This document shows positions 1 to 9,779 of a DNA stretch of 64,000 nucleotides, piece after piece. Numbering within the stretch: the stretch's first letter is position 1; each line of letters opens with the position of its first letter. The notes under the pieces were generated by a model. It saw only the letters and a list, made by a program, of their open reading frames with translations, did no database searches and was not told the origin of the DNA. The DNA comes from Candidatus Latescibacterota bacterium. GTDB lineage: Bacteria > Krumholzibacteriota > Krumholzibacteriia > WVZY01. The translations under genes and the position numbers were made by a program. The stretch is taken from the NCBI GenBank assembly GCA_963791045.1, contig CAWBQK010000006.1:256001-320000 (forward strand), written 5' to 3'.

Positions 1-1308
1 GGCGCGATTTTGTACGCGATCTTTCCTCGCTCGGACAAGTTCGAGCCGCCCTGGCCGAGACTTACCGCCGCCGATCAACCCCGATTGTTCGACAAGCTCC
101 TGGAGCTCGCCACCGCGACACGGCAAGAAATCCCAAAAGAAGTCTATCTCCTTCCCGATGTCAACGCATGGGTCATGGATCGCGGAGGGAGAATGGGAAT
201 CGGTTCGCGCCGCGTGATGGGAATCGGCCTGCCGCTTCTCCAGGTGCTCAACATTTCCGAACTCGACGCGGTGCTCGCACACGAATTCGGTCACTACTAT
301 GCGGGAGATACAAAGCTCGGTCCCTGGATCTACAAGACACGTATGACAATCGGGTTCACCCTGGAAACGCTCGAGAGAACAAACCGATTTCTCAAAGTTC
401 CGTTTACGCTCTACGGCAAGATGTACCTTCGAACGACACAGGCGGTTTCCCGGCGGCAGGAAATTCTCGCGGACGAATTCGCCGCGCGAACGGCCGGCGC
501 GGAGAATTTGTCCAACGCGTTAAAGAAGATTCATGGGCATGCCCAGGGGCACGTCTACTATTGGAACGAGTACGTTGCTCCCGTCCTGGGCGCCAAGTAC
601 CGCCCGCACATTTCGGAGGGATACGCCAGGTTCATCGCGTCGACCCCAACGGCGGACATGGTGGCGAGGGTGATCCAGCAGGAACTGACCGACGGAGAGC
701 GAAACCCGTACGGTTCCCACCCGACACTTCGTGAACGCGTCGATGCGATAGAGATGGTCCCGGTGGAGAGCGGGGACGATGATAGCCCGGCGATCACGCT
801 CCTGGACGACATTGATGCGCTCGAAGAGCAGCTGATCCACACGACGACGACCGAAGAGGTCACACATTCGCTCGAGCCGATCGAATGGGAGAACATCGGC
901 GCCGAGGTTTTTATCCCGACGTGGAAGCGCTGGTACGATGTCAACAAGACGGCGGTCGAGGGTTGGACGCCGAAGACTCTCCCGCAAGCCGCCGACCGGC
1001 TCGGAGAACTCGCGCGCCGCCTGAAGTCGCCTAATGGGCAGAGGATTCCGCCCGAGCACGGGCCTCCAGCCGCGGCGTATTCGCTCAGTGTCGGGTTTGC
1101 GATGGCTCTGCTTGAGAACGGGTGGGAACTGATGTCGTGTCCGGGTGAGGGTATTTACTTTTTCAAGGGCACCTTCAAGCTTGATCCCTTCTCGCTGGTA
1201 AAGGCGATCTCGGCATCGGCCACCGTCGATCCGTCGGAGTGGAACAAGCAGTGCGTCGAGATGGACATCCAGGATATCGATTTCGGCGGAAAAACGGAGA
1301 GTCCTTGA
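1..1308 (+). CDS. M48 family zinc metallopeptidase, 5'-truncated by window edge
   Basis: Frame open from base 1; VNAWV, VLAHEFGH (HExxH), EILADEFAA and SHPTLRERV motifs typical of M48/HtpX. Confidence 0.85.
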   Translation, partial: GAILYAIFPRSDKFEPPWPRLTAADQPRLFDKLLELATATRQEIPKEVYLLPDVNAWVMDRGGRMGIGSRRVMGIGLPLLQVLNISELDAVLAHEFGHYYAGDTKLGPWIYKTRMTIGFTLETLERTNRFLKVPFTLYGKMYLRTTQAVSRRQEILADEFAARTAGAENLSNALKKIHGHAQGHVYYWNEYVAPVLGAKYRPHISEGYARFIASTPTADMVARVIQQELTDGERNPYGSHPTLRERVDAIEMVPVESGDDDSPAITLLDDIDALEEQLIHTTTTEEVTHSLEPIEWENIGAEVFIPTWKRWYDVNKTAVEGWTPKTLPQAADRLGELARRLKSPNGQRIPPEHGPPAAAYSLSVGFAMALLENGWELMSCPGEGIYFFKGTFKLDPFSLVKAISASATVDPSEWNKQCVEMDIQDIDFGGKTESP

Positions 1309-1348
1309 TCCGCCTCGCATTGGAAGTCGTCTCTCGTCAGCGACGGGC

Positions 1349-1388
1349 AAAAAAAGCAAGGGGCGCCTCTTCTGAGGCGCCACTTGTT
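1349..1388 (-). terminator. Intrinsic terminator of the LVIVD gene
   Basis: GGCGCCTC-ttct-GAGGCGCC stem with an A-run on its left (U-tract on the minus strand). Confidence 0.6.
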
Positions 1389-1466
1389 GCGTGCTGTCCA
1401 GGCACACGTTCGGGCAGAGTAGGATGCCCCGCACGGTCCGGGCTCGTCGTTATCGTAGGAGGCGAT

Positions 1467-3875
1467 TTATTTGACGAGCACCATTTTTTGCGTGAGCAGC
1501 TGCTTGCCCGCATTCAAACGACAGAAATAAACACCCGATCCTACCGCTACGCCGAGGCCGTCGCGGCCGTCCCACGTAAACGACTTGAACCCGCCGTCCA
1601 TTTCACCATCGGCGATCTGACGGACGAGCTTGCCCTGCGCGTCGAAGACCGAGAGAGCGACGTGTCCGCGCTCGGGCAGAACGAACGAGATGGTCGTCGT
1701 CGGGTTGAAGGGGTTCGGGTAGTTCGGATTGAGAACCAGCGACATCGCGTTCACGGTGACCGAAACCGGCTGCGACATTACTTCCGACCCGTCATCGAGA
1801 ACGACGGAGAGCGTATAAAGATACTCGGCGCCGGGATCGACCGACGTGTCTTTGTATCCGGCCGCACTCAACGGAATGAGCGCCGAAGAATTGACGACGG
1901 TTCTGCCCGTGCCCGCGTCACGGTAAATTCGAATTCCGTCGACGGCGTCGTCCGAAGCAATGTCCCAGGTCAACTCGACGGCCCCGTCAGCGGCGCGGGC
2001 GTCGAACATCGTGATGAATGTTGGTGTCGGCGGCGGATAGAACTGGAGCATGGTGAAGCCCGCCTCTTCGTCCGCCACGTAAACGTGATCGGTCTCGGAC
2101 TGGATTCCCCATGCCTTTCCGCCCGTGTCGAAGAAGCCCACATAGAGCGGATTCGAAGGATCGGCGGCGTAATAGGCTTTGACGCCGTCCTCGGCCAGGG
2201 CGGCGAAAATATAGTTGCCGGTCACGGTGACGTCATACACATTGTCAGGGCCCGTGAACTCGCCGACAAAAGATTCGCCCCACGGATCGACAATCACGAG
2301 TCCTCCATATCCGTCCGCAATGGCGACATTCCCGTCGAGAAATTCCGCGTCCACAGACCATCCACTCGTGTCGTAAAACCACGTCTCGGTGGGGCTGGAT
2401 GGGGTCGATACATCAATCACACGGAGACCCGCATCGCCGTCGGCGACAAACACATAGTCCTCCGCAAACTCGACGCCACGCGCGTCGCCCGGCGTGTCGT
2501 AAAATCCAACTTCAACGGGCGCCGTAGGCGTCGATATGTCGATGACACGAAGGCCGGCCGAGCCGTCTGCGACAAACACGTAATCTCCCGATGCCGCGGC
2601 GTCGTATGCGGCGCCTGGCGTGTCGTATCTTCCGATCTCACTCGGCGTCGTTGGATCCGACGCATCGATGATCGCCAGGCCCTGATAGCGGTCCGAGACG
2701 AGTACAAAGTTTTCGCCCCACATCACCGCCTCGACATGGCCGATTGTGTCGTAAGTGCCGATCGATACGGGGTTGGCTGGGTCCTCGATGCTCAAGAACC
2801 GGATTCCGCCATTGTGCTGCGCGAGCACGGCGACTTCATCTTTGACGTCGACGTCATAGGTGAAGTCCACCGCGGGGATGCCTCCGAGCCAGGTTGGCAT
2901 TGTAGGCATCGTCAAAGTGAGCGCATAGACACCGTCTTTCCTCATCCCACAATAAAGCATGTCGGCTTCTTTGACGAGCGCGGCAGTGGCGAGTCCCGTT
3001 GTGAACTCACCGGCGTAGGTCGGGCTCGACGGCGTTGAAATGTCGACGACAATCATGCCGTCTCCCGGGGTCGCGAGATAAGCGTAATCGCCTTCGACCT
3101 GGACATCGTACGCAGTGATCGAGCCGGCGCCGTAGTTGCCCACTTCGGTTGGTTTCCCAATTGCAGGGATCTCGATGATGACGAGACCGTTACTGCCGTC
3201 TGCCACGAAAGCATGGATGCCCTGAACGTCAACGTCGTAAGCCACATTGCCGGTGTCATAGAAACCGATTTCCGTGGGAGTCGCCGGATTGGAGACATCA
3301 ATAATTCTAAGGCCGCTATAGCCATCCGCGACATAAGCAACGTCGCCCTCGACGTACACGCCGTTCGATGCGCTCGGTGTATTGTAGGAGCCCACTTCTT
3401 TGGGACTCGCGGGGTTTTTTAAATCGATAATACGAAGTCCGTCTTCGGCGTTGGCGATATAGGCATAGCCATCGTCGGAATAAACCCCGCGGGATTCCTT
3501 CGCCATGAAATATGAGCCAACGACACTTGGACTACCCGGGGCCGATACATCCACGACCACAAGTCCGTCATAAACGCATGCGACGCAGGCGTAGTCGCCC
3601 TCCACCGACACGCCCCTCACGGGTGACGAGAGGGTGATGTTGGCGAGTTCGCTCGGGGTCGACGGTTTGAAATAATTCTGGATGCTTAAACACGCGCCAT
3701 CGCCCGCAAACACAGTGGTGCCGACAGCGTCGACCGCGATACAGGGACCGTGGGCCCAGCGTCCCAATTCGCGCAAGTTCCAGTAGTCACCGGTTTCCGC
3801 CGCCGATGTGGTCGGCATGATCGTAAAAGCCGAAGCAACAATTAACAGAGAAACAATCCAGTAGCGCAGAGCCAT
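1467..3875 (-). CDS. Secreted LVIVD-repeat beta-propeller protein with C-terminal FlgD-Ig/T9SS-type sorting-like domain
   Basis: Signal peptide MALRYW...; many YVADGxxGLRIIDVSxP repeats; C-terminal NYPNPFNPTTTISF...SGVYFCRL...KMVLVK; purine-rich RBS before ATG 3875. Confidence 0.85.
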   Translation of the reverse strand: MALRYWIVSLLIVASAFTIMPTTSAAETGDYWNLRELGRWAHGPCIAVDAVGTTVFAGDGACLSIQNYFKPSTPSELANITLSSPVRGVSVEGDYACVACVYDGLVVVDVSAPGSPSVVGSYFMAKESRGVYSDDGYAYIANAEDGLRIIDLKNPASPKEVGSYNTPSASNGVYVEGDVAYVADGYSGLRIIDVSNPATPTEIGFYDTGNVAYDVDVQGIHAFVADGSNGLVIIEIPAIGKPTEVGNYGAGSITAYDVQVEGDYAYLATPGDGMIVVDISTPSSPTYAGEFTTGLATAALVKEADMLYCGMRKDGVYALTLTMPTMPTWLGGIPAVDFTYDVDVKDEVAVLAQHNGGIRFLSIEDPANPVSIGTYDTIGHVEAVMWGENFVLVSDRYQGLAIIDASDPTTPSEIGRYDTPGAAYDAAASGDYVFVADGSAGLRVIDISTPTAPVEVGFYDTPGDARGVEFAEDYVFVADGDAGLRVIDVSTPSSPTETWFYDTSGWSVDAEFLDGNVAIADGYGGLVIVDPWGESFVGEFTGPDNVYDVTVTGNYIFAALAEDGVKAYYAADPSNPLYVGFFDTGGKAWGIQSETDHVYVADEEAGFTMLQFYPPPTPTFITMFDARAADGAVELTWDIASDDAVDGIRIYRDAGTGRTVVNSSALIPLSAAGYKDTSVDPGAEYLYTLSVVLDDGSEVMSQPVSVTVNAMSLVLNPNYPNPFNPTTTISFVLPERGHVALSVFDAQGKLVRQIADGEMDGGFKSFTWDGRDGLGVAVGSGVYFCRLNAGKQLLTQKMVLVK

Positions 3876-4240
3876 GCTGCTCCCCCCTTGGGTTGTTGAT
3901 ACACAGCGAGGTATAAAGCCGGCGCGTAGCAAGGTGTGAACTGGTACAAGTGTGGGCTCAGCCATTCCGGGTCCGACCGCCGCTTCGGTTGGACACCGCT
4001 CCGCGATATGGCACTACAGCCGACGCCGTTTTGAAAGCAGTTGATCGATTGGAGATCGGGAAGAGCCTATCATATAACAAGTTGCAAGTCAACGTGCAGT
4101 TTGCCGCTCGCCGTCCAAATAAATCAAAAAAACACGTGACAAAATATGAATAGATGGTGTTTTGTTTTGTCTATGGTTGCAGCATCCGAGGCTCGGCACC
4201 TGGGATAGAACATAATCACTTGAAAAGAAGGTGGTATCAC

Positions 4241-5257
4241 ATGCGCAGAGCTTTTGCGTTCGCGCTGGTTTTTGTGGCGGTGGCCGTGCTTGTTGCGGGC
4301 CCCGTCCTCGCCGGTTGCGGCAAAGACTGCAAGTGTTGTAGTTGCAAGGTAAAGTGTGACAAGGAAATTACGGAATTTATCTATGACGTGACTTTCCCCT
4401 GGCCATTCCGCCAGAAGGTGAAGGATATGGACGGAGACGGCGTCCCCGACAAACTCGATAAATGTCCCGGAACGCCCCTGGGCGCCAAAGTGGACGAATA
4501 CGGTTGTCCGATGGACTCCGACGGTGACGGAATTTTTGACGGATTGGATAAATGCCCCGACACACCGAAGGGCGCCAAAGTAGACAAGTTCGGTTGTTCG
4601 ACGGACAGCGACGGCGACGGTGTGTCCGATGGCATAGACAAATGCCCGGATACGCCCAAAGGTGTTATGGTCGACACGGTTGGTTGCCCGATTGACAGTG
4701 ACGGCGACGGTGTATTCGATGGTTTGGACAAATGCCCCGACACGCCCAAGGGCGCCAAAGTCGATGGCTACGGTTGCCCGATTGACACCGACGGCGACGG
4801 CGTGCCCGACGGCATCGACCGCTGTCCGAATACGCCGAGTGGAATCACCGTCGACGCGTACGGATGCACCGCGGCGGAGACCCAGTTCCTCGACACCGGG
4901 TTGTTTACGACTTCCGACGTTAAGTTCGCTTCGAGCAAGGCCGACATCAACCCCGCGTCGTACCCGGTTCTTGACCGGATCGCCGAGGCGCTCGTGCAGT
5001 GGCCGCAGTTAAGGATCGAGATTGGCGGTCATACCGATTCCTCGGGTTCGGCTGAGTTTAACCAGAAGCTGTCCGAGCAGCGGGCGCAGGCCGTTCTCGA
5101 TTATATGGCGAAGAACTCGGACATCGAGAAGGGCCAGTTCACGTCGAAGGGTTATGGCGAGGCCGCGCCGATTGTGTCGAACGATACAACGGAAGGCCGT
5201 GCGAAGAACCGGCGTGTGGAATTCAAGATTCTCAACAAAGAGGTTTTGAAGAAGTAA
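4241..5257 (+). CDS. OmpA-C domain lipoprotein with thrombospondin type-3-like Ca-binding repeats
   Basis: Lipobox LAG-C; five DxDGDGVxDxxDKCP repeats; GHTDS...NQKLSEQRA...NRRVE peptidoglycan-binding motif. Confidence 0.88.
   Translation: MRRAFAFALVFVAVAVLVAGPVLAGCGKDCKCCSCKVKCDKEITEFIYDVTFPWPFRQKVKDMDGDGVPDKLDKCPGTPLGAKVDEYGCPMDSDGDGIFDGLDKCPDTPKGAKVDKFGCSTDSDGDGVSDGIDKCPDTPKGVMVDTVGCPIDSDGDGVFDGLDKCPDTPKGAKVDGYGCPIDTDGDGVPDGIDRCPNTPSGITVDAYGCTAAETQFLDTGLFTTSDVKFASSKADINPASYPVLDRIAEALVQWPQLRIEIGGHTDSSGSAEFNQKLSEQRAQAVLDYMAKNSDIEKGQFTSKGYGEAAPIVSNDTTEGRAKNRRVEFKILNKEVLKK
4424..4873 (+). repeat. Five intragenic 90-bp (30-aa) TSP3-like tandem repeats
   Basis: 30-aa periodicity DSDGDG..DKCPDTPKGAKVD..GC in the translation. 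Confidence 0.85.
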
Positions 5258-5313
5258 GACCGAGTGAAGCAAGTTAACCGGTTTTTTCCATCGAGGCCCA
5301 AGCGATGGACCGG

Positions 5314-5350
5314 AAGGGGCGCCCCATAGCGGGGGGCGCCCCTTTTCTTT
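5314..5350 (+). terminator. Intrinsic terminator between convergent genes
   Basis: AAGGGGCGCCCC...GGGGCGCCCCTT stem followed by TTCTTT. Confidence 0.75.
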
Positions 5351-5374
5351 GAGTATTGACGAGCCCGGGGGGGG

Positions 5375-7282
5375 CTATTTCGCCGCCATTTGTTTCTCGA
5401 GGATTTCCATCGTCTGTTTGGGGTTGATGACGAGGATCGATTTTTCCTCGGTCCCACGGCTCTCAGAGCCCTTTTTCATCAACTCGATTACATCTGCCGG
5501 CGCGAGCGACGGGTTGCGGGCGATAAGTTTTGCCGCAAGATTTGTCACGTTGGGGGCGGCCATCGACGTTCCGGACATTTTGATCCGGTTGCCGCCGGGC
5601 ACGTAACTCTCCACCTCAAAACCGTTCGAGTACAGTGCGACAGTCTTCCCGGAACTGGTAAAACTCGTCGGATCACCCGCCTGGTCGACGGCTCCGGCTA
5701 TCACCAGGTTGGGAAGCTCGAATGCCGGGGGGACAAAAAGATCGAACTCTACGTCATTGTCGGAATTGCCCGCGCCGCCGACAAACAGAATATCCGGCGC
5801 GCTGGTAATCGCGGCCAGGAGGTCGTCCCTGCCGATCTCAAATAGCTCGCGGGCCAACTCTCCTCGCTCCTCCGCCGATTCTCCGATGCCGTTGGCCTCG
5901 AGGTTGTATTCGATTTCACGCAGACCCAGCACCCAGCTCATGTTGACCACACGAACACCGTTGGCTTTGTAATAATCGATCGCGCTCTGGAACGATTTGC
6001 CAAACGCCACCATGAGTTCTTTGGTGTACGGCCTGGGAATGATGTGATGGTCGAACGCGATCCGCGCGACGAGAATCCGCGCGTACGGATTGCCCTCCAC
6101 TGCGATGCCCGCCACGTGGGTTCCGTGTGAATAATTCGCATAGAGGGTGAGATCTTCCACAAACGCGGTAACATCATCGGGCTCGAGCGTGCCCATCGCC
6201 TCGCGCACTTCCAGAGCTTCGGGGCTTTCAACCGACGCGGTGATGTCGGTGAAGCCCTTGATTCTGTCCTCGAGCAGTTGACGATCTTTTTCGCGTTCGC
6301 CGAGCGCGTAAAGCAACTCGGGCGTCGGATTTGCGTCGAGGTCGAATGCGATGCCGTTGACATCGTCGACAAAACCGTTGCCGTCGGTGTCTTTGCCGTC
6401 TTTCTTTTCCTTCGGGTTGACGAAGAGCCGGCCCTCGAACACCTCGACATCCACGCCGGCGTCCCAGATCGCCACGACGACGTTTTTATAATCATCATTC
6501 TCCGGGAGCGCGATGTCACGTGCAGCCCAGATGTCTTCTTTGACCACCTTGTGCGCGGCGATTTGCTCGCCAATCACCAACTGGATCTCGTCCCTGTAGG
6601 GAAGTATGTGGTGCATCGCCGAGCGAAACATGATGATTTGCGACGCCTGATCACCGCTCATGTGCCCCGCCGCTTCGACCGCCGGGTCGATATGACCCTG
6701 GATCACGCCGATGAGCAGGTTCTCGGTGAGGATTTGCATCTGACCGTTCATCGCTTCGAACGTGTCCCGGACGTCATCCCAGGGCATCGCAGCGATACGC
6801 GCCCTCATGTTCTCGAGCATTACCTTCTTGAACGCGTCGCTTGAGGGATCATTCTCCACTTGCAGCGCGTCGATATATGAAAGCCCAACGAGCCCCATGG
6901 CGATTTTCTGTGCTTCCTTCTCTTCGAGTTCGCGGGACATTTCGAGATATTTTACAGAGTTCTCGTAATCACACTCGAGGAAGTAGAGGATTTGAAGTGT
7001 GTCATAGTATCGCTGGAGCGCCGTAGTATCCTCGATGTCGCACGTCTCCAGGTCGACGAGCGCGTTGTGTTTAACCTGTTCGGCGAGTTGTTTGAACTCC
7101 TCTTCAGATGTGACAATCTCCGATGGCTTCGCCGTTACCTCATAGGTGTGACGGGGAAGATCGTCAATCGTTGCCACCTTGGTTTTTTCCCCCGCGGTTG
7201 CCGTCGACAACGGCACAAAAACCAAACAGAACACAACGAAAAGGAAGAAACACGGAACGATCGGTCGGCGGTAGGATAGCAT
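5375..7282 (-). CDS. Secreted S8 (subtilisin-like) serine peptidase
   Basis: Signal peptide; triad motifs VAIWDAGVD, HGTHVAGI, GTSMAAP; oxyanion AGN. Confidence 0.9.
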   Translation of the reverse strand: MLSYRRPIVPCFFLFVVFCLVFVPLSTATAGEKTKVATIDDLPRHTYEVTAKPSEIVTSEEEFKQLAEQVKHNALVDLETCDIEDTTALQRYYDTLQILYFLECDYENSVKYLEMSRELEEKEAQKIAMGLVGLSYIDALQVENDPSSDAFKKVMLENMRARIAAMPWDDVRDTFEAMNGQMQILTENLLIGVIQGHIDPAVEAAGHMSGDQASQIIMFRSAMHHILPYRDEIQLVIGEQIAAHKVVKEDIWAARDIALPENDDYKNVVVAIWDAGVDVEVFEGRLFVNPKEKKDGKDTDGNGFVDDVNGIAFDLDANPTPELLYALGEREKDRQLLEDRIKGFTDITASVESPEALEVREAMGTLEPDDVTAFVEDLTLYANYSHGTHVAGIAVEGNPYARILVARIAFDHHIIPRPYTKELMVAFGKSFQSAIDYYKANGVRVVNMSWVLGLREIEYNLEANGIGESAEERGELARELFEIGRDDLLAAITSAPDILFVGGAGNSDNDVEFDLFVPPAFELPNLVIAGAVDQAGDPTSFTSSGKTVALYSNGFEVESYVPGGNRIKMSGTSMAAPNVTNLAAKLIARNPSLAPADVIELMKKGSESRGTEEKSILVINPKQTMEILEKQMAAK

Positions 7283-7303
7283 TGTGGTCCTCCGGGCTGT
7301 GAG

Positions 7304-9718
7304 CTATCGCAGCGGTGAATATTCGATGTTAATTTCATTCAAAAGTTCTTTAAAGCGGGGATTGTCCGCGATGGGCGCGAACGAACAATCCCGGTTCAGC
7401 GAAGACGTCTGATTCGCCTTCTGGTCGATCGCTCGTTCGAGCCATACGACCGCCGAATCGGCCTCACCGATCAACGCAAAAGAGCCGGCGATACCTATCG
7501 GTGACCCGTGCTTTTCGCTGTAGGCTTTTTTTAGCTGATCCAGCAGCAAGCGCTGGTACGCTTCGAAACCACCGGTTTCGAGCGCCTCGGCCAGCGCGCG
7601 AACATCATCTCTCTGCTCGGTGGTGGCCGCGACGAGTTCTCCATAACGGATGCCGCTTCTCGCTGCCTCTTCCAACTGTCCCGTACACAAGAGGGCAAAT
7701 TGCTTGGTGTAGTGCAGCGGCGGAAAGAGCGGCGACTCCGCGGCGACTTCGTCGAATTCGGCGAACCCGGCATCGATCTCGCCGTTGCGTACCAGGATCA
7801 AGCCTGCGACGACTCGGATGATGGGCGACAGCGGGTCGAGCTCCATCGCGATTCGGATTCGTGCGACGGCCTCGTCGAGGCGGCCAGTCGAAGACAGGAA
7901 CTCCGAGTACCACTGGTGCGCCGTCGCATAGTTCGGGCTGAGTTCGATCGCCCGCAAGAAATGCCGCTCCGCCGCATCCCAATCAAAATCGTATTCGTTG
8001 GCCACCGCGCCGAGCACCGCGTGAGCGGGCGCCAGTTTTTCGTCCAGTTCGATGGCCTTCTCGGCCATCTCCCGGGCTTTGGGATAATACCCCTCCACCC
8101 CGATATTTGTTCCCCACGTATTCAACACGGTGAACGTTTCGGCCAGCCCCGCGTAAGCCAGCGCGTAGCCGGGATCGATTTCGATGGCTTTCTCGAAAAG
8201 GTCGACCGCTTTGTACAGCGACTCCTCGGTACGTTTGTTCCAATTGAAACGCCCCTGCAAATAGAGCTCGTATGCCTCCCTGTCAACGACGGGGGAATCG
8301 GAGAGGCGCGTTTCATCATACTCTGTGAGTTCGACTTCGATCTGAGTGGCGACATCCATCGCGACACGGCGCTGAAGACCGAGCACATCAACCACTTCGC
8401 TCTGGTAGCTGTTGGCCCAAATATGCTCATCCGTCTTGCCATCGACCAGCTGGACCGTAATCCGAACCTGGTCGCCGGCCCACAAAACGGCCCCTTCGAT
8501 CACCTTCGCCACGCCGAGTTCATCGGCGATGGCCGTCATCGTCTTGTCCGAGTCTTTGTAGCGCATCACGGATGTTCGTGAAATCACCTTGAGCGCCTTT
8601 ATCTGCGCGAGCTGAGTGATGAGTTCCTCGGTCATGCCGTCGACAAAAAACTCGTTCCCCGGATCCTTTGAAAGATTTGTGAGGGGGAGCACCGCGATAG
8701 AGTTGTCGCGGGCCTCGGCAAGGGTTTTCGGCGTCGTCCGGTTCGTCGCCGGGTTGGGGCCGTTTTTTTGGGTCGTTTTTGGCCACAGCCAGACAATGAT
8801 TGCCGCGATAATGATGACAAGCGCAATTCCGACGCCGCGGCCGATTCTGTTGCGCCGTGGCTCGGTTACATCGATCGTGACGCTCGTCGGTGTCTCACTC
8901 GCGCCCTGGACCCCCAGGAAAACCTCGAGATCGGCCTGGAACGCGTCGACGTTCTGATAGCGGTCTTCGCGGTTCTTGGCGAGAGCCTTGTTTACGGCCC
9001 GTTCGAGTTTTTCGGGTACGTTCGGGTGTGCTTTAGATATGGGTTCGGGGTCTTCGTTGATGATCGAATAGATAACGGCCGCTTCGTGCTCGGCGACGAA
9101 AGGCGGACGGCCTGTGAGCATCTGATAGAGCACTACCCCGAGTGACCAGACATCGGAGCGTTGATCTGCTTTCTCCCCGCGAATCTGCTCGGGCGACATG
9201 TACGTCGCTGTTCCCACGGTCTTGCCCACTCTTGAAATCTTGGATTGGCTTCGAAGTTTGGCCAGCCCGAAATCAAGAAGCACCGGGCGGCCCTTTTCCG
9301 ACATCATGATGTTTGCCGGCTTGATGTCGCGATGGATGATGTCTTGCGAATGGGCTTCTTTGACGGCGCCGCAAAGCTCCATGGCTATGGCGGCGGCTCT
9401 GTTGGGTTCGAGCGGCTTGCCATCGAGGTGCTTTTCAAGATCGACGCCGGGGATGTACTCCATCGATATGAATGTCTGATCGTCCGCCGAATTAATCTCG
9501 TAAATCGTGCAGATATTGGGATGGTTTAGCGCGGCGGCCGTCTGCGCTTCATTGATAAACCGTTCCTTCTCGTCGTCCGACGCGAGAAGCTGCAGCGGGA
9601 GGAATTTGAGCGCGACGGTGCGCTTGAGCTTGGTGTCTTCGGCTTTGAAGACAATGCCCATTCCGCCTTCGCCGAGCTGCTCGACGATTTTGTAATGAGA
9701 TACGGTTCTTCCAATCAT
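7304..9718 (-). CDS. Hanks-type Ser/Thr kinase with TM helix, TolB-N-like domain and TPRs
   Basis: GEGGMG, VALK, HRDIKPAN, DFGLAK, YMSPE; TM GVGIALVIIIAAIIVWLW; SIAVLPLTNLS; TPR repeats. Confidence 0.92.
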   Translation of the reverse strand: MIGRTVSHYKIVEQLGEGGMGIVFKAEDTKLKRTVALKFLPLQLLASDDEKERFINEAQTAAALNHPNICTIYEINSADDQTFISMEYIPGVDLEKHLDGKPLEPNRAAAIAMELCGAVKEAHSQDIIHRDIKPANIMMSEKGRPVLLDFGLAKLRSQSKISRVGKTVGTATYMSPEQIRGEKADQRSDVWSLGVVLYQMLTGRPPFVAEHEAAVIYSIINEDPEPISKAHPNVPEKLERAVNKALAKNREDRYQNVDAFQADLEVFLGVQGASETPTSVTIDVTEPRRNRIGRGVGIALVIIIAAIIVWLWPKTTQKNGPNPATNRTTPKTLAEARDNSIAVLPLTNLSKDPGNEFFVDGMTEELITQLAQIKALKVISRTSVMRYKDSDKTMTAIADELGVAKVIEGAVLWAGDQVRITVQLVDGKTDEHIWANSYQSEVVDVLGLQRRVAMDVATQIEVELTEYDETRLSDSPVVDREAYELYLQGRFNWNKRTEESLYKAVDLFEKAIEIDPGYALAYAGLAETFTVLNTWGTNIGVEGYYPKAREMAEKAIELDEKLAPAHAVLGAVANEYDFDWDAAERHFLRAIELSPNYATAHQWYSEFLSSTGRLDEAVARIRIAMELDPLSPIIRVVAGLILVRNGEIDAGFAEFDEVAAESPLFPPLHYTKQFALLCTGQLEEAARSGIRYGELVAATTEQRDDVRALAEALETGGFEAYQRLLLDQLKKAYSEKHGSPIGIAGSFALIGEADSAVVWLERAIDQKANQTSSLNRDCSFAPIADNPRFKELLNEINIEYSPLR

Positions 9719-9779
9719 TGTATCAAGATAGGCTGTGGGGCAATGGTTTGACAATACAAGAATTACGAAGCGCGGCGGG

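Noticed and set aside
1239-3038. Long antisense ORFs (599 aa here; also 12112-13467, 52429-53997, 58038-59126, 62577-63791)
   Set aside because: Shadows of well-supported opposite-strand genes in high-GC DNA; no recognisable motifs
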